A stretch of 64,000 nt of DNA from an uncultured Armatimonadetes bacterium (GCA_963717145.1 OY970325.1:1632001-1696000); one strand, 5' to 3'; counted from the first letter of the stretch, positions 42,631-53,152 are shown. Numbers and translations are program-made. Notes: a model not told the origin generated them from the letters alone.

Positions 42631-43941
42631 TTACTTCCTGCCGTTCGGGGTGAGCCGCCCGATGCTGAAGTACTCGAAGCCGAGGCGCTTCACACGGCTG
42701 GGATCGTACATATTGCGGCCGTCGAAAAGCACCGGACGCTTCATGCTGTCACGAACCTTCTCCATGTTCAGGAAGCGGAACTCGTTCCATTCGGTGACGA
42801 GGAGCAGTGCGGAGGCGCCTTCGGCCACCGCGTAGGGGTTGTCGCAGTAATCGATCTGAGGGTAGATCGTCCGGCAGTTGTCCATCGCGATCGGATCGTA
42901 GGCCTTGACGGTGGCGCCGTCGGAGAGGAGTTGGCCGATGATCTCGATCGACTTTGCGTCGCGCATGTCGTCGGTGTTCGGCTTGAATGCCAGGCCCAGC
43001 ACGCCAATCGTCTTGCCCTCGACGCTGCCCAGCACATCCTTCAGCCGCTTGACGAACCGCAGCGGCTGGTCCGTGTTGATGTCGAGAGTCGCTCTCAGCA
43101 GGGCGTTGTCGGAGCCATACTTGGCGCAGGTGTGTACGAGCGCCTTGACATCCTTGCCGAAGCAGGATCCGCCGAATCCGAGACCGGCCTGAAGGAACTG
43201 ATCGCCGATCCGCTTGTCGAAGCCCATGCCCTTCGCAACCTGAGTCACATCCCCGCCCGCGATCTCACAGAGGCCCGCCATCGAGTTGATGAATGAGATC
43301 TTCATCGACAGGAACGCATTCGATGCATACTTGATGATCTCCGCGCTGGTAATGTCGGTGATCAGCATCGGACGCTCAAGAGGCGCATAGAGTTCGAGCA
43401 GCTTCATGGCAACTGTCTGGGAGGGAGCGCCGATCACGATCCGGTCGGGATAGAGAGTGTCGTTGATTGCACAGCCCTCTCGGAGGAATTCGGGGTTCGA
43501 GACGACGTCGAAATCAACCTCCCGCAGCCGGTTCTCTTCGATGATCCGGCGCACAAGGTCGCCCGTCCCAATCGGCACGGTGCTCTTGTTAACGACGACC
43601 TTGTAGGAATTGAGGTGACCCGCAATGCCGCGAGCGACTGCGGTGACTTGGGAGAGGTCCGGCTCTCCGTCCGGCCCGGGAGGCGTTCCCACGGCGATGA
43701 ATACTACCTCGGCGCATTCGACCCCGGCCCCGAGGTCTGTTGTGAAAGTGAGACGCTCGTCTTCCACGTTTCGGCAGACCATCTCTTCGAGCCCCGGCTC
43801 ATAGATCGGCATGACGCCCTGGTTGAGCTTGTTGATCTTTTCAAGATTTGCGTCAACGCAGACCACATTGTTACCGAGGTCCGCAAAAACAGCTCCCGTG
43901 ACGAGTCCGACGTAGCCAGTGCCGACAACGCAGATATTCAT
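42631..43941 (-). CDS. ugd: UDP-glucose 6-dehydrogenase
   Basis: GTGYVG, NKSTVP, SNPEFLREG, GFGGSCF, LAFKPNTDDMR. Confidence 0.95.
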   Translation of the reverse strand: MNICVVGTGYVGLVTGAVFADLGNNVVCVDANLEKINKLNQGVMPIYEPGLEEMVCRNVEDERLTFTTDLGAGVECAEVVFIAVGTPPGPDGEPDLSQVTAVARGIAGHLNSYKVVVNKSTVPIGTGDLVRRIIEENRLREVDFDVVSNPEFLREGCAINDTLYPDRIVIGAPSQTVAMKLLELYAPLERPMLITDITSAEIIKYASNAFLSMKISFINSMAGLCEIAGGDVTQVAKGMGFDKRIGDQFLQAGLGFGGSCFGKDVKALVHTCAKYGSDNALLRATLDINTDQPLRFVKRLKDVLGSVEGKTIGVLGLAFKPNTDDMRDAKSIEIIGQLLSDGATVKAYDPIAMDNCRTIYPQIDYCDNPYAVAEGASALLLVTEWNEFRFLNMEKVRDSMKRPVLFDGRNMYDPSRVKRLGFEYFSIGRLTPNGRK

Positions 43942-44002
43942 ATGCCCGCAGTTTCCTTCCCGTAATGGCAACCGTAAGGAGAGCAGCAACTCATTCGCGG
44001 CA

Positions 44003-44031
44003 ACCATAGCACGGCTCCAGCAGCGTGTCAA
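44003..44031 (-). promoter_or_regulatory. sigma70-type promoter for ugd
   Basis: TTGACA-N17-TATGGT with TG extended -10. Confidence 0.6.
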
Positions 44032-44102
44032 GGCCGACGCGAATTCCCGCTCACGCCTTTATTATCGGGATGGGCGGGAGATATCACAATACGAAGGGGA
44101 TA

Positions 44103-44243
44103 ACATGGAAACGGAGTGCCCACCGGCATAGGGTGTTGGTACTGGAGTTGTACTCCAGAACCCTGGGCTAGCTGAGGGTTCTGGAGTACAACTCCAGAAC
44201 CAACACCCTTACATGAAAACGGAGTGCCGATGGGCACTCCGTC
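44103..44243. repeat. Palindromic element flanked by ~18-bp direct repeats, plus terminator-like hairpin
   Basis: acatgRaaacggagtgcc twice around agggtgttggt..ctggagttgtactccagaaccct / agggttctggagtacaactccag..accaacaccct. Confidence 0.75.
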
Positions 44244-44274
44244 TCTGTACATCTCTTATCCGCAGCGCCGCCGA

Positions 44275-44976
44275 TCAGTTACCGTTGGCGGTCTCAAACT
44301 TGTAGCCGACGCCCCAGATCGTCGTGATCCGGCAGGGCGAGTGCTCGATCTCGATCTTGCGCCTCAGTCGCTTCACGTGCTGGTCGACCGTGCGCTCGTC
44401 GCCGAAGAACTCGTCATAGTCCCAGACCTGCTTGAGAAGCTGCTCCCTCGTGAAGACACGTTCCCGATTGCTGGCCAGGTGCCAGAGGAGATCGAATTCC
44501 TTGGGCGTCAACTCCACTCGCTCCTCGTTGACTTTGATCTCTCGCGACAACACATTCAGGTAGAACCCGGGAAGGTTGATCACCTGCTGGTCGTCAGGAG
44601 TTGCCGTGGCGCCGGAGCGGCGCAGTACGGCCCGCACTCTCGCAACCAGCTCTCTGGGACTAAAGGGCTTGGTAACGTAGTCATCGGCGCCCAACTCGAG
44701 ACCGAGCACGCGGTCGAACTCGTCGTCACGGCCTGTGACCATCATGATGGGGGTGTTGCTGAACCGGCGAACCTCGCGGCATACCTCGAGGCCGTCCAGC
44801 TCAGGGATCACCAGGTCGAGAAGTATGATGTCCGGACGATCGTCCCGTGCGGAACTGAGCGCCTGTCTTCCACCAAAGGCGCAGACTACGTCATAGCCTG
44901 CCGTTTCGAGCTGCAATCGTACCAACTCGCTTGTGTTTGTGTCGTCCTCGACAACTAGAACCTTCTGTTTGGCCAC
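44275..44976 (-). CDS. OmpR/PhoB-family response regulator (no adjacent kinase)
   Basis: LVVEDD, LLD, GADDYVTKPF, LTPKEFDLL, RTVDQH, WGVGYKF. Confidence 0.95.
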   Translation of the reverse strand: MAKQKVLVVEDDTNTSELVRLQLETAGYDVVCAFGGRQALSSARDDRPDIILLDLVIPELDGLEVCREVRRFSNTPIMMVTGRDDEFDRVLGLELGADDYVTKPFSPRELVARVRAVLRRSGATATPDDQQVINLPGFYLNVLSREIKVNEERVELTPKEFDLLWHLASNRERVFTREQLLKQVWDYDEFFGDERTVDQHVKRLRRKIEIEHSPCRITTIWGVGYKFETANGN

Positions 44977-45329
44977 CAGAATCTTCCTCTCATTGTCAAA
45001 GGTTCACGAACATTACTGCTCCGGCTACCGAGCGATTCCGACTGCTGATGAGAAATCCAACCAACCGATTCACCAAGTATGCGCCGCGCTCCGTCCTGTT
45101 CGGAGAAACCACATCGGTCGCCGCCGAAGTCCTCAACACAGATCGGTTTGCCGTGAAACTCTGCCACGAATGCGGATCATTACGCTTCAGGCCATCGATG
45201 AGCCCACACGTATTTATCCTGATGCGGCGGCCCTAAGCGTAAGTAAGTGAGATGCAGCCGTGCTTTCGACTGCCAATCTTGCGAACCACACGCAGACGGA
45301 GGTACCCTGCCACGCCGGTTCTATATGAC

Positions 45330-45358
45330 AGTATACGCAATTTCGACCGGTCTGTCAA
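45330..45358 (-). promoter_or_regulatory. sigma70-type promoter ~350 nt upstream of the response regulator
   Basis: TTGACA-N17-TATACT. Confidence 0.65.
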
Positions 45359-45482
45359 TAGAAATACAAAAAGTTTAACGGTCCCCGACGTGAAAAAGAC
45401 ACCGTCAGTATTATGTTATTGCCGACGCTCGCGTCATTGGTATGTTGACATTCGCACCGTAGGCGGCTGGGCGCAGTATGGG

Positions 45483-46094
45483 TCAGCAATATGAGGACTG
45501 GAGATCGGCGATGGCAGACATGATGCGGCGGCCGACCTCCTCCATCGAGGACCGATCCGTGGAACCCGACAGGTCGTCGAACCGGAGGGGCTTACCATAG
45601 ACGATCTTGCAGGGGTTCCGTTTCGGACGCTTCGCGCCCGCCGGAAGGACTCCCGTAGTGCCGATGAGCACGACCGGAATAACCGGGGCGCCGGTCTTGA
45701 GCGCGATCAAACTGACGCCGCGCTCCGGGTCCTGCAACTTCCCATCGGGGCTGCGAGTGCCCTCGGGGAACAGGCAGACCACCTTACCCTCCCCGAGCAG
45801 GTCTATCGCGTGCTTGAGAGCTTTCCTGTCCGCGGTTCCGCGGCGGACGGGGAATGTACCGACATGAGCTATGACCCAGCCGAGCACGGGAACCTTGAAC
45901 AGCTCGTCCTTCGCCATGAAATAGACCTGCCGGCGCGTGGCGCCTCCGACAGCGGGAGGGTCCACATGGCTGACGTGGTTGGGACAGAGGATCACAGCAC
46001 CCGTCTTGGGGACGTTGTCCTGCCCGATGATCTCAAGTCCGCCGGTCAGCCGAAAGAACACTCTGCAGCAACCCCTCGCGAGTTTGTAGAGCAT
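45483..46094 (-). CDS. plsC: 1-acyl-sn-glycerol-3-phosphate acyltransferase
   Basis: NHVSHVD, FMAKDEL, FPEGTRS. Confidence 0.93.
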   Translation of the reverse strand: MLYKLARGCCRVFFRLTGGLEIIGQDNVPKTGAVILCPNHVSHVDPPAVGGATRRQVYFMAKDELFKVPVLGWVIAHVGTFPVRRGTADRKALKHAIDLLGEGKVVCLFPEGTRSPDGKLQDPERGVSLIALKTGAPVIPVVLIGTTGVLPAGAKRPKRNPCKIVYGKPLRFDDLSGSTDRSSMEEVGRRIMSAIADLQSSYC

Positions 46095-46769
46095 CTACTT
46101 TGACATCCTCTCGCGGCACAACTCAAGCACACTATCGGTAACCTTCTCGATACTCAGCCCGTCTGTCACTATCTCCACCGCATCGGACACTCGCACGAGC
46201 GGGCTGTGTGCCCGTGTGCTGTCCCGGCGATCGCGCTCTTCGATTTCCTTCTTGAGCGCTTCGATGTCGGATTGTTCGCCGGACTGGATCCGCTCCAGGT
46301 GGCGACGCGCGGCCCGTGCCTCGACCGATGCGGTGAGAAAGACCTTGACCTCCGCATGCGGCATGACAACAGAGCCGATATCCCTGCCCTCCATCACGCA
46401 TCCGCCCTCCCCTGCCATCGCCTGCTGGAGGGCAACGAGATGCTTCCTCACTCCGGGGATGGCCGAGATCGGGGATGACAGGCAGGTCACCTCCGGCGAA
46501 CGAATCGCCCTGGTGACATCCACTCCATCGACGATCACGCGGGAACCATCACCAGGCTCGAACCGAATTACCATCCGGCTCACCATCTCGACGATCCGGC
46601 CCTCGTCCTCGAGCGGGATCCCTAGTTCGAGCGACTTCCACGCGGCCGCCCGATACATCGCCCCCGTGTCGATGTACTTCAGGCCCAATACTCCGGCAAC
46701 CCGGCCTGCGATCGTGGTCTTCCCAGCGCCCGCGGGCCCGTCTATTGCAATGCAGATGGAATGGTTCAT
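46095..46769 (-). CDS. cmk: Cytidylate kinase
   Basis: IAIDGPAGAGKTT, DTGAMYRA, MEGRDIG, RDRRD. Confidence 0.96.
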   Translation of the reverse strand: MNHSICIAIDGPAGAGKTTIAGRVAGVLGLKYIDTGAMYRAAAWKSLELGIPLEDEGRIVEMVSRMVIRFEPGDGSRVIVDGVDVTRAIRSPEVTCLSSPISAIPGVRKHLVALQQAMAGEGGCVMEGRDIGSVVMPHAEVKVFLTASVEARAARRHLERIQSGEQSDIEALKKEIEERDRRDSTRAHSPLVRVSDAVEIVTDGLSIEKVTDSVLELCRERMSK

Positions 46770-46783
46770 GGTTAATGGTCTAT

Positions 46784-47855
46784 TGTCCAGTCTCATGACA
46801 TTATGAACACCGTGGGTTGAAAAGAAGGAGGTGCATGCGGTAGTCTCTTTGATGATCGCCAAACCAAAAAAGGAGACCACTCGCATGCAGATCCATTCTA
46901 ACGCAACCAGCAATATGAAGCAACGGCGGTTTTTCAGGCAGAGTCCCAAGAGCTGCAGAAAGCTCGCAGATATCTGCCATGTATCGCCGGCAACAGTCTG
47001 CAAATGGAAGGCCCGGGGTGACCAGCAAGACCGCAGCAGTCGGCCCAGGAAGATCCATTATGCATTCAGCCCCGAAGAGGAGGAGATCATCCTCTCGCTC
47101 CGGGACAAAGGTCTAGCACTCGATGCACTGGTGCGTGCAGTAGTCACAGTTCTGCCGAATGCAGAACGCGCCAGTATACATCGCTTACTGAGCAGAAAAG
47201 GGGTGAGCAGACTCCCCCAGTACCAAAAAGAAAAGAGAGAAAGTCCAGGCAAGTTCAAAGAGTATCTGCCTGGATACCTTCACATAGACTGTTTCTACCT
47301 GCCCAAGATCGGGGGCAAGAGGAAGTATTGCTTCGTTGCGGTAGACAGAGCAACAAGGCTAGCCTTCCTCCAGGTGTACGACAACCTAACCAAGGAATCC
47401 GCAGTGGGCTTCCTTGGACTGTGCATGTGGTTCTATCCGTTCATGATCCACAAGATCCTGACAGACAACGGTAGAGAGTTCACTCTGGCCAATTGGAGCC
47501 GTTGGGGCAGTCCGGCGAAGAGACCTCACTTCTTTGATGAAGTATGCTCAGCCTGTGGTATTGAACACAGGCTCACCCGGCCGTATACACCAAAGACCAA
47601 CGGTCTGGTGGAACGCATGAACGGACTGATCCAGGAGGGCACGTACAAGATGCACAGATATCCTGGATATCCGGAGTTGATAGATGGACTCCACCAGTGG
47701 CTGACCATCTACAATCTAAGGAGACAGCACAGCGCGATCGGTGGCAAGACACCCTATGAGAAGGTCTGCGACTGGTACGCGCAAAGACCAGATCTGTTTA
47801 TCAAAGAGCCTACCGACTTACTGAACTACCGTTCACAACGTGGTGGGACTTGACA
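46784..47855 (+). mobile_element. IS481-family element
   Basis: TGT...ACA ends; 25-bp imperfect IR (19/25); lower GC than flanks; no perfect TSD (GTCTAT vs GTTGAT). Confidence 0.9.
46885..47853 (+). CDS. IS481-family transposase
   Basis: MQIHSNA, DRSSRP, GYLHID, AVDRATR, LTDNGREF, PYTPKTNGLVER. Confidence 0.94.
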   Translation: MQIHSNATSNMKQRRFFRQSPKSCRKLADICHVSPATVCKWKARGDQQDRSSRPRKIHYAFSPEEEEIILSLRDKGLALDALVRAVVTVLPNAERASIHRLLSRKGVSRLPQYQKEKRESPGKFKEYLPGYLHIDCFYLPKIGGKRKYCFVAVDRATRLAFLQVYDNLTKESAVGFLGLCMWFYPFMIHKILTDNGREFTLANWSRWGSPAKRPHFFDEVCSACGIEHRLTRPYTPKTNGLVERMNGLIQEGTYKMHRYPGYPELIDGLHQWLTIYNLRRQHSAIGGKTPYEKVCDWYAQRPDLFIKEPTDLLNYRSQRGGT

Positions 47856-47938
47856 GTTGATGGTTAATGGGGAATGGTTGATGGGGGATGCAGGTCCGTC
47901 TGCCATTAACCATTAACCATGAGCCATCAACCATTCCC
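47856..47938. repeat. Heptamer-tandem inverted repeat abutting IS481
   Basis: gttgatggttaatggggaatggttgatgg ... ccattaaccattaaccatgagccatcaaccatt. Confidence 0.85.
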
Positions 47939-48808
47939 CCGGTAGATCGAGTCGCGGACCGTCTTAGCGCCGGCGAACCAGTCCTCGAGGGACTGCGCGT
48001 CGCCGGCTTCCATGAGTTCCACCGCCTGATCCATCAGCCGTCGAAACTCGACCGCCGCTTCCCTCAAGGCGTTCACATTTGACAGGCATATGTCACGCCA
48101 GAGAACAGATGAGCTGCCTGCCACGCGGGTCATATCCCTGAAGCTCCCCGCCACCAAATCAAACAGATGTGGATTGCCGGCCGACTCATTCTGGGCGAGC
48201 AGGGCAAGGGCGGCGGCCATTACGTGGGGCAGATGGCTGATCACCGCAACGCATCGGTCGTGGGCCTCAGGGTCCATCACGAGCGCGCGCGCGCCGATCC
48301 CTTCGGCGACAAGTCGCATCCTCTCGACGGCCTCCGGTTTCGTGGCAGAAGTGGGCGTCACCACATAGGTCGTGCCCTCGAAGAGGTCCGCCCTGGCAGC
48401 CTCGACACCTGCTTCCTCAGACCCGGCCATCGGATGCCCGCCGACGAACATAGCTCGATCCGCCGCCAGCTCGTCCGCGTGTCTGCAGATCTCGCCCTTC
48501 GTGCTGCCGGCGTCAGTGATGATGCAGTCGGCGGTGACGAAGGGAATCGCTTTGGACATGAAGTCCAGAACCAGGCCGACCGGAGTAGCGATGTAGACGA
48601 GATCAGCCCCGGTGACACCCTCTATGAGATCGAGCGTCCAGGAGTCGACCGCGCCGAGGTCGACCGCCCGCTGAAGGCGTCCCTCATCCCGACCGACACC
48701 GACGACTTCCTTCGCCAGGCCGCGAGTCCTGAGCGCCATGCCGAAGGACCCGCCGATGAGTCCGACTCCTATGATGGCGACACGTCTGAACTCAGGCTGA
48801 TCCGCCAT
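47927..48808 (-). CDS. tyrA: Prephenate/arogenate dehydrogenase
   Basis: IGVGLIGGS, TDAGSTK, GGHPMAGSE, HD...SHLPH, RDMTRVA. Confidence 0.94.
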   Translation of the reverse strand: MADQPEFRRVAIIGVGLIGGSFGMALRTRGLAKEVVGVGRDEGRLQRAVDLGAVDSWTLDLIEGVTGADLVYIATPVGLVLDFMSKAIPFVTADCIITDAGSTKGEICRHADELAADRAMFVGGHPMAGSEEAGVEAARADLFEGTTYVVTPTSATKPEAVERMRLVAEGIGARALVMDPEAHDRCVAVISHLPHVMAAALALLAQNESAGNPHLFDLVAGSFRDMTRVAGSSSVLWRDICLSNVNALREAAVEFRRLMDQAVELMEAGDAQSLEDWFAGAKTVRDSIYRGNG

Positions 48809-49835
48809 CCCAGCCTGCCTTTCTGCCGACCGCCAGGATGATCGGGCGCAGCTCGCGCATGAACTGAGCAAAGGTCTCCGGCTTGAGCGACTGCGAGCCG
48901 TCCTTCAGCGCTTTCTCCGGCTCGGGATGGACCTCGATCATCAGGCCATCCGCACCCGCGGCGACGGCGGCTTTTGCGACGGGAGAAACGAGCCCCCAGC
49001 GACCGGTACCGTGGCTTGGGTCGGCGATCACGGGCAGATGGCTGAGCTGCAGTACGGCCGGTATGGCATTGATGTCGAAAGTGTTGCGAGTGTACGTCTC
49101 GAAGGTCCGAATGCCGCGCTCGCAGAGGATGATCTCATAGTTGCCGCCGCTTGCGATGTACTCCGCCGCCTGCAGCCATTCCTCGATGGTCGAGGACATG
49201 CCCCGCTTGAGCATCACCGGCTTGCGCATATTGCCGATCTCCTTGAGGAGCGAGAAATTGCTCATGTTCCGCGTCCCGATCTGAAGGATATCGGCATAGT
49301 TCGCCACCATATCGAGATCGCGCAGGTCCAACACCTCGGTGATGATCGGCATATCGGTCTCGGAACGGGCGGTGTCGAGTATCTTGAGGCCGTCCTCCCC
49401 GAGGCCGTGGAAGCTGTACGGCGACGTGCTCGGCTTGAACGCGCCGCCTCGGAGGATGCGCGCCCCGGCCGCTCGCACCAGCCTGGCGGTCAGGAGAGCC
49501 TGCTCCTCGCTCTCGATGCAGCACGGCCCGGCCATCACGACGACTTCATCGCCGCCGATCCTGACGCCTCTTACCTCGATGACCGACTTCTCAGGGTGGA
49601 ACTCCCTGCCGACGATCTTGTACGGCTTCAGGATGGGGACGACGCGCTCGACAAATGGGTAGGCCTCGAACTGCTGGGCGATGAGGATCTTGTCCTCATC
49701 GGGAGCGCCGATCGCACCGATGATGGTCTTCTCGACCCCGCGCGAAAGGTGGATCCCGTAGCCGCGCCCCTCGAGATTAGCGATAATCTCGTCGACATTC
49801 TTATCCGTCGCCTGTGAGGATAGGATGATGATCAT
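48792..49835 (-). CDS. aroF: DAHP synthase (class I-beta with N-terminal regulatory domain)
   Basis: [38 protein letters not shown]. Confidence 0.95.
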   Translation of the reverse strand: MIIILSSQATDKNVDEIIANLEGRGYGIHLSRGVEKTIIGAIGAPDEDKILIAQQFEAYPFVERVVPILKPYKIVGREFHPEKSVIEVRGVRIGGDEVVVMAGPCCIESEEQALLTARLVRAAGARILRGGAFKPSTSPYSFHGLGEDGLKILDTARSETDMPIITEVLDLRDLDMVANYADILQIGTRNMSNFSLLKEIGNMRKPVMLKRGMSSTIEEWLQAAEYIASGGNYEIILCERGIRTFETYTRNTFDINAIPAVLQLSHLPVIADPSHGTGRWGLVSPVAKAAVAAGADGLMIEVHPEPEKALKDGSQSLKPETFAQFMRELRPIILAVGRKAGWDGGSA

Positions 49836-49882
49836 GGGTTATGCTCCCGCCTGTATCATTCTTCACCAAGCTCCTGGGAAAT

Positions 49883-49950
49883 CACCGATCTCAGACGACT
49901 CCGTCGTCGTCCGCAGCCGCCGACGGCGACGGAGTCGTCTGAGATCGGTG
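49883..49950. repeat. ~29-bp inverted repeat between hisC and aroF
   Basis: caccgatctcagacgactccgtcgtcgtc ... gacggcgacggagtcgtctgagatcggtg. Confidence 0.8.
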
Positions 49951-50015
49951 GTTATTATGAGATATAGCTGCGCTTGCGAGGCAGTAATGTGCTCAGGATG
50001 ACACAGGTGTAGGCG

Positions 50016-51116
50016 CTAGCACGTCGCCAGCACTTCCTTGAGTGTGCGGATGAACCGCTCGTTCTCCTGCTGTGTGCCGATTGTGACTCGGAACCAGGTC
50101 GGCAGGCCGAAGATATCGCCCGTCCGCAGGATCACTCCACGCTTCAGCATCTCAGGGAACAGCGACTTGCACGGCTTCTTCGAGTCGAACAGGATGAAGT
50201 TCGCCTGTGTCGGGACATACGGAAGCCCCATCGCCTCGAATTCGCGGTACAGATACTTCTTGCCCTCTGAGTTGACCCGCCGACTGCGCTCGACCTGATC
50301 GGGGTCCTCAAGGCTGGCAATCGCGCCCGCCTGAGCGACCGAGTTGACGTTGAACGGTTCGCGCACCTGGTTCAGGCACTCGATGATCTCGGGGCGCGCG
50401 ATCGCGTACCCGACCCTCAGGCCTGCCAGCCCATAGATCTTCGAAAACGTGCGCAGGATGATGACGTTCGCGCCGGCATTGACGTATGACAGCATGTCCG
50501 GGTAGTCCGGGGTCTCGACGTACTCGTAGTACGCCTCATCGAACACGGCGATCGCCCGCTTCGGTAGACGCGAAATGAACCGCTCGACCTCGCCCTTGCC
50601 TACCATCGTGCCCGTCGGATTATTAGGGTTCGCCACGAAGACGAGCCTGGTCTTCTCGGTGAACTTGTCCGCCATCGCCTCGAGGTCGTGGGTGAAATCC
50701 CTCAGCGGCACCATGATGGAACTGCAGTCGTTGAGCACCGCCGCCGACTCATACCGCACGAACGACGGATCCGCCTGAACCACCTCATCGCCCTCGCACA
50801 GAAACGTGACGCCGATGTAATGAATCAGCTCGTCGGAGCCGTTCCCGACGCAAAGCATATCCTCGCCGATGCCCCAATGCCTGGCGAGCGCGCCCTTGAG
50901 ATAGAAGCACGCGCCGTCGGGATAGAGCCCGACCTTCTCGACCGCGGACTTCATCGACTCGATCGCCTTCGGGGAAGGGCCAAGCGGATTCTCGTTCGAC
51001 GCGAGCTTCACGGGATCCTTGATCCCATACTCGCGCTCGACCTCCTCGATCGGTTTCCCAGGCGAATAAGGCTTCAGTCGACAGATATTCTGCTTGACAA
51101 GGTCACTCAATGCCAT
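50016..51116 (-). CDS. hisC: Histidinol-phosphate aminotransferase
   Basis: KLASNENP, GNGSDE, NPNNPTG, DEAY, RTFSKIYGLAGLRVGY. Confidence 0.95.
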   Translation of the reverse strand: MALSDLVKQNICRLKPYSPGKPIEEVEREYGIKDPVKLASNENPLGPSPKAIESMKSAVEKVGLYPDGACFYLKGALARHWGIGEDMLCVGNGSDELIHYIGVTFLCEGDEVVQADPSFVRYESAAVLNDCSSIMVPLRDFTHDLEAMADKFTEKTRLVFVANPNNPTGTMVGKGEVERFISRLPKRAIAVFDEAYYEYVETPDYPDMLSYVNAGANVIILRTFSKIYGLAGLRVGYAIARPEIIECLNQVREPFNVNSVAQAGAIASLEDPDQVERSRRVNSEGKKYLYREFEAMGLPYVPTQANFILFDSKKPCKSLFPEMLKRGVILRTGDIFGLPTWFRVTIGTQQENERFIRTLKEVLATC

Positions 51117-51186
51117 GGCGATTCTCCTGCTCGTATTGCGTGAGTTTAGCACAGATGGGAGAGGATTGACAACAGGCGGAGGCGCA

Positions 51187-52119
51187 TCAGAGCGTCCGGT
51201 CCGAGAGCGACTCGATGTACTTCTCGGCTTCGACGGCGGCGATGGCCCCGTCCGCACAGGCGGTCACCATCTGACGAAGGGTCTTCCGCCGGCAGTCGCC
51301 CGCGGCGAAGACGCCGGGAGCACTGGTGTGCATCTCCTCGTTCGTCATGACATAGCCCTCGGGATCGAGAGTGACGTGCCCTCGCAGGTAGCCCGTGTGT
51401 GGATCGGTGCCGATGAGGATGAAGACCCCGTCGACCGGGATCGTCCGCCTGGAGCCATCAGTGACGTCGGTGAGCACCACGCCCGTGACCTTCGTGTCGC
51501 CCTGTATCTCAGAGACGAGCGAGTTCCACGCAATCTCGATCTTCGGGTTCTTGAACACTCGCTCCTGGAGGATCTTCGTCGCTCGCAGAGCATCCCTGCG
51601 GTGGATGATCGTCACCTTCCTGGCAAACCGAGCGAGGAATACCGCATCCTGAACCGCCGTATTCCCGCCGCCGACGACCGCGATCTCTTTGTCGCGGAAG
51701 AACGCGGCGTCGCACGTGGCGCAGTATGAGACTCCCTTGCCGATCAGACGGTTCTCGCTCGGAAGGTTCAACTGCCTCGGGGTCGCGCCGGTCGCAAGGA
51801 TGACGGTTGGCGACTGGAACTCGCCCTCAGAAGTGACGACCCTCTTCTTCTCCCCCGAGAGATCAACGCTCAGCACTTCCGCCGAGACGACCTCGAGGCC
51901 CAGGTTACGCGCTTGAAGTTCCATCGCGGCGCTCAGTTCCGCGCCTGTGACTCCGTTTGCGAACCCCGGATAGTTCTCGACGAGATCGGTGACTATCATC
52001 TGCCCGCCGGGGACATACTTCTCGATCAAAACGGTGTTGAGCCGCGCGCGCATGGCGTAGACCCCTGCGCTAAGCCCCGCCGGTCCGCCGCCGACGATTA
52101 TCGTGTCATAGGATTTCAA
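51187..52119 (-). CDS. trxB: Thioredoxin reductase (NADPH type)
   Basis: GGGPAG, CATCD, GGGNTA, HRRDALRA, FAAGD. Confidence 0.95.
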   Translation of the reverse strand: MKSYDTIIVGGGPAGLSAGVYAMRARLNTVLIEKYVPGGQMIVTDLVENYPGFANGVTGAELSAAMELQARNLGLEVVSAEVLSVDLSGEKKRVVTSEGEFQSPTVILATGATPRQLNLPSENRLIGKGVSYCATCDAAFFRDKEIAVVGGGNTAVQDAVFLARFARKVTIIHRRDALRATKILQERVFKNPKIEIAWNSLVSEIQGDTKVTGVVLTDVTDGSRRTIPVDGVFILIGTDPHTGYLRGHVTLDPEGYVMTNEEMHTSAPGVFAAGDCRRKTLRQMVTACADGAIAAVEAEKYIESLSDRTL

Positions 52120-52258
52120 CTCGTCCCCCTGTGCATCGATCAACCCGGCACATTATAGCATACCCAGCCGCTATCAGGAACGGGCAGCGTGTTCCAACCC
52201 TCGACCCTGGGTATAAGCCTACCGTATGTGACAACTCTGTTCGATCGGAGCCAATGAT

Positions 52259-53148
52259 ATGTCGTCAGAAACGCCCAGGGGCCAGACCGTCGATGTAGTG
52301 ATCGTAGGGGCCGGACCAGCCGGATTGTCGGCGGCGGTGAATGCAAAAGCCCGCAATCTCAGCGCCATCGTGATCGATGCCCGCGAGCCGGTATCCAAGG
52401 TGAGAAACTATCCCGAGGTCACGAACTATCTCGGCTACCCCAAGGCCGGCGGAACCGAACTTGCCAACCATTTTGCCAAGCACTTCGCGAAGACCGGTTT
52501 CGCATTCCACAAGGAACGCGCCCAGAAGATCATATCTCAGGGCGAGGTCGTGATGGTCGGCACCGACAGGGAGGTCTATGACGGCAAGACCGTCATTCTG
52601 ACATTCGGGGTAGCGCAGACGAAGCTCCTTCCCGGCGAGGAGTTATTCCTGGGCAAGGGAGTGAGCTACTGTGTCACATGCGACGGGGCACTCTTCAGCG
52701 GCAAGGACGTGGTGGTTGTCGGATACATCCCCGAGGGGGAGGAGGAGGCGAACGCACTCGCCACATTCGCCAGGAGCGTCACCTATGTGGCGACCTACGA
52801 GAGGGTCGAGACGCTGAACAAGTCGGTCAAAGTCGTGAATGCGAAACCATCGGCGATCCTGGGGAACACGAAGGTAACCGGGCTGCAGACCGACTTGGGC
52901 GATATCTGCGCGGACGGCATATTCGTAGTCCGTGAGGCGATGCCTGTCGGCACCATGGTCGACGGCCTTGCGATCGAGGATGGCTTCGTCCAGGTGGACA
53001 GGTCGATGGCAACCAATATCCCCGGTCTGTTCGCCGCAGGTGACTGCACGGGGCGCCGTTCCAGATCGCGAAGGCGGTCGGAGAAGGACAGGTGGCGGCA
53101 TTGAGCGCCGCCCGATACGTCTACAAGCAGAGGAAGAAGGAGGCTTAG
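52259..53148 (+). CDS. Thioredoxin reductase-like flavoprotein lacking NADPH motifs (frameshift in G-run near 53050)
   Basis: GAGPAG, SYCVTCDG, FAAGDCTG, then APFQIAKAVGEGQVAA in a shifted frame. Confidence 0.85.
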
Positions 53149-53152
53149 CACA

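Noticed and set aside
44040-44260. tRNA or known ncRNA in the ugd-regulator gap
   Set aside because: No cloverleaf or T-loop; the structure is explained by hairpin repeats and a terminator.
46095-47003. 302-aa extended cmk ORF, and similar extensions of recJ, ackA and sbcD in the ORF track
   Set aside because: Extensions run into IS or repeat DNA; conserved motifs start downstream.
49840-50010. Attenuator or T-box upstream of aroF
   Set aside because: No T-box motif or aromatic-rich leader peptide seen; the hairpin looks like the other dispersed palindromes.
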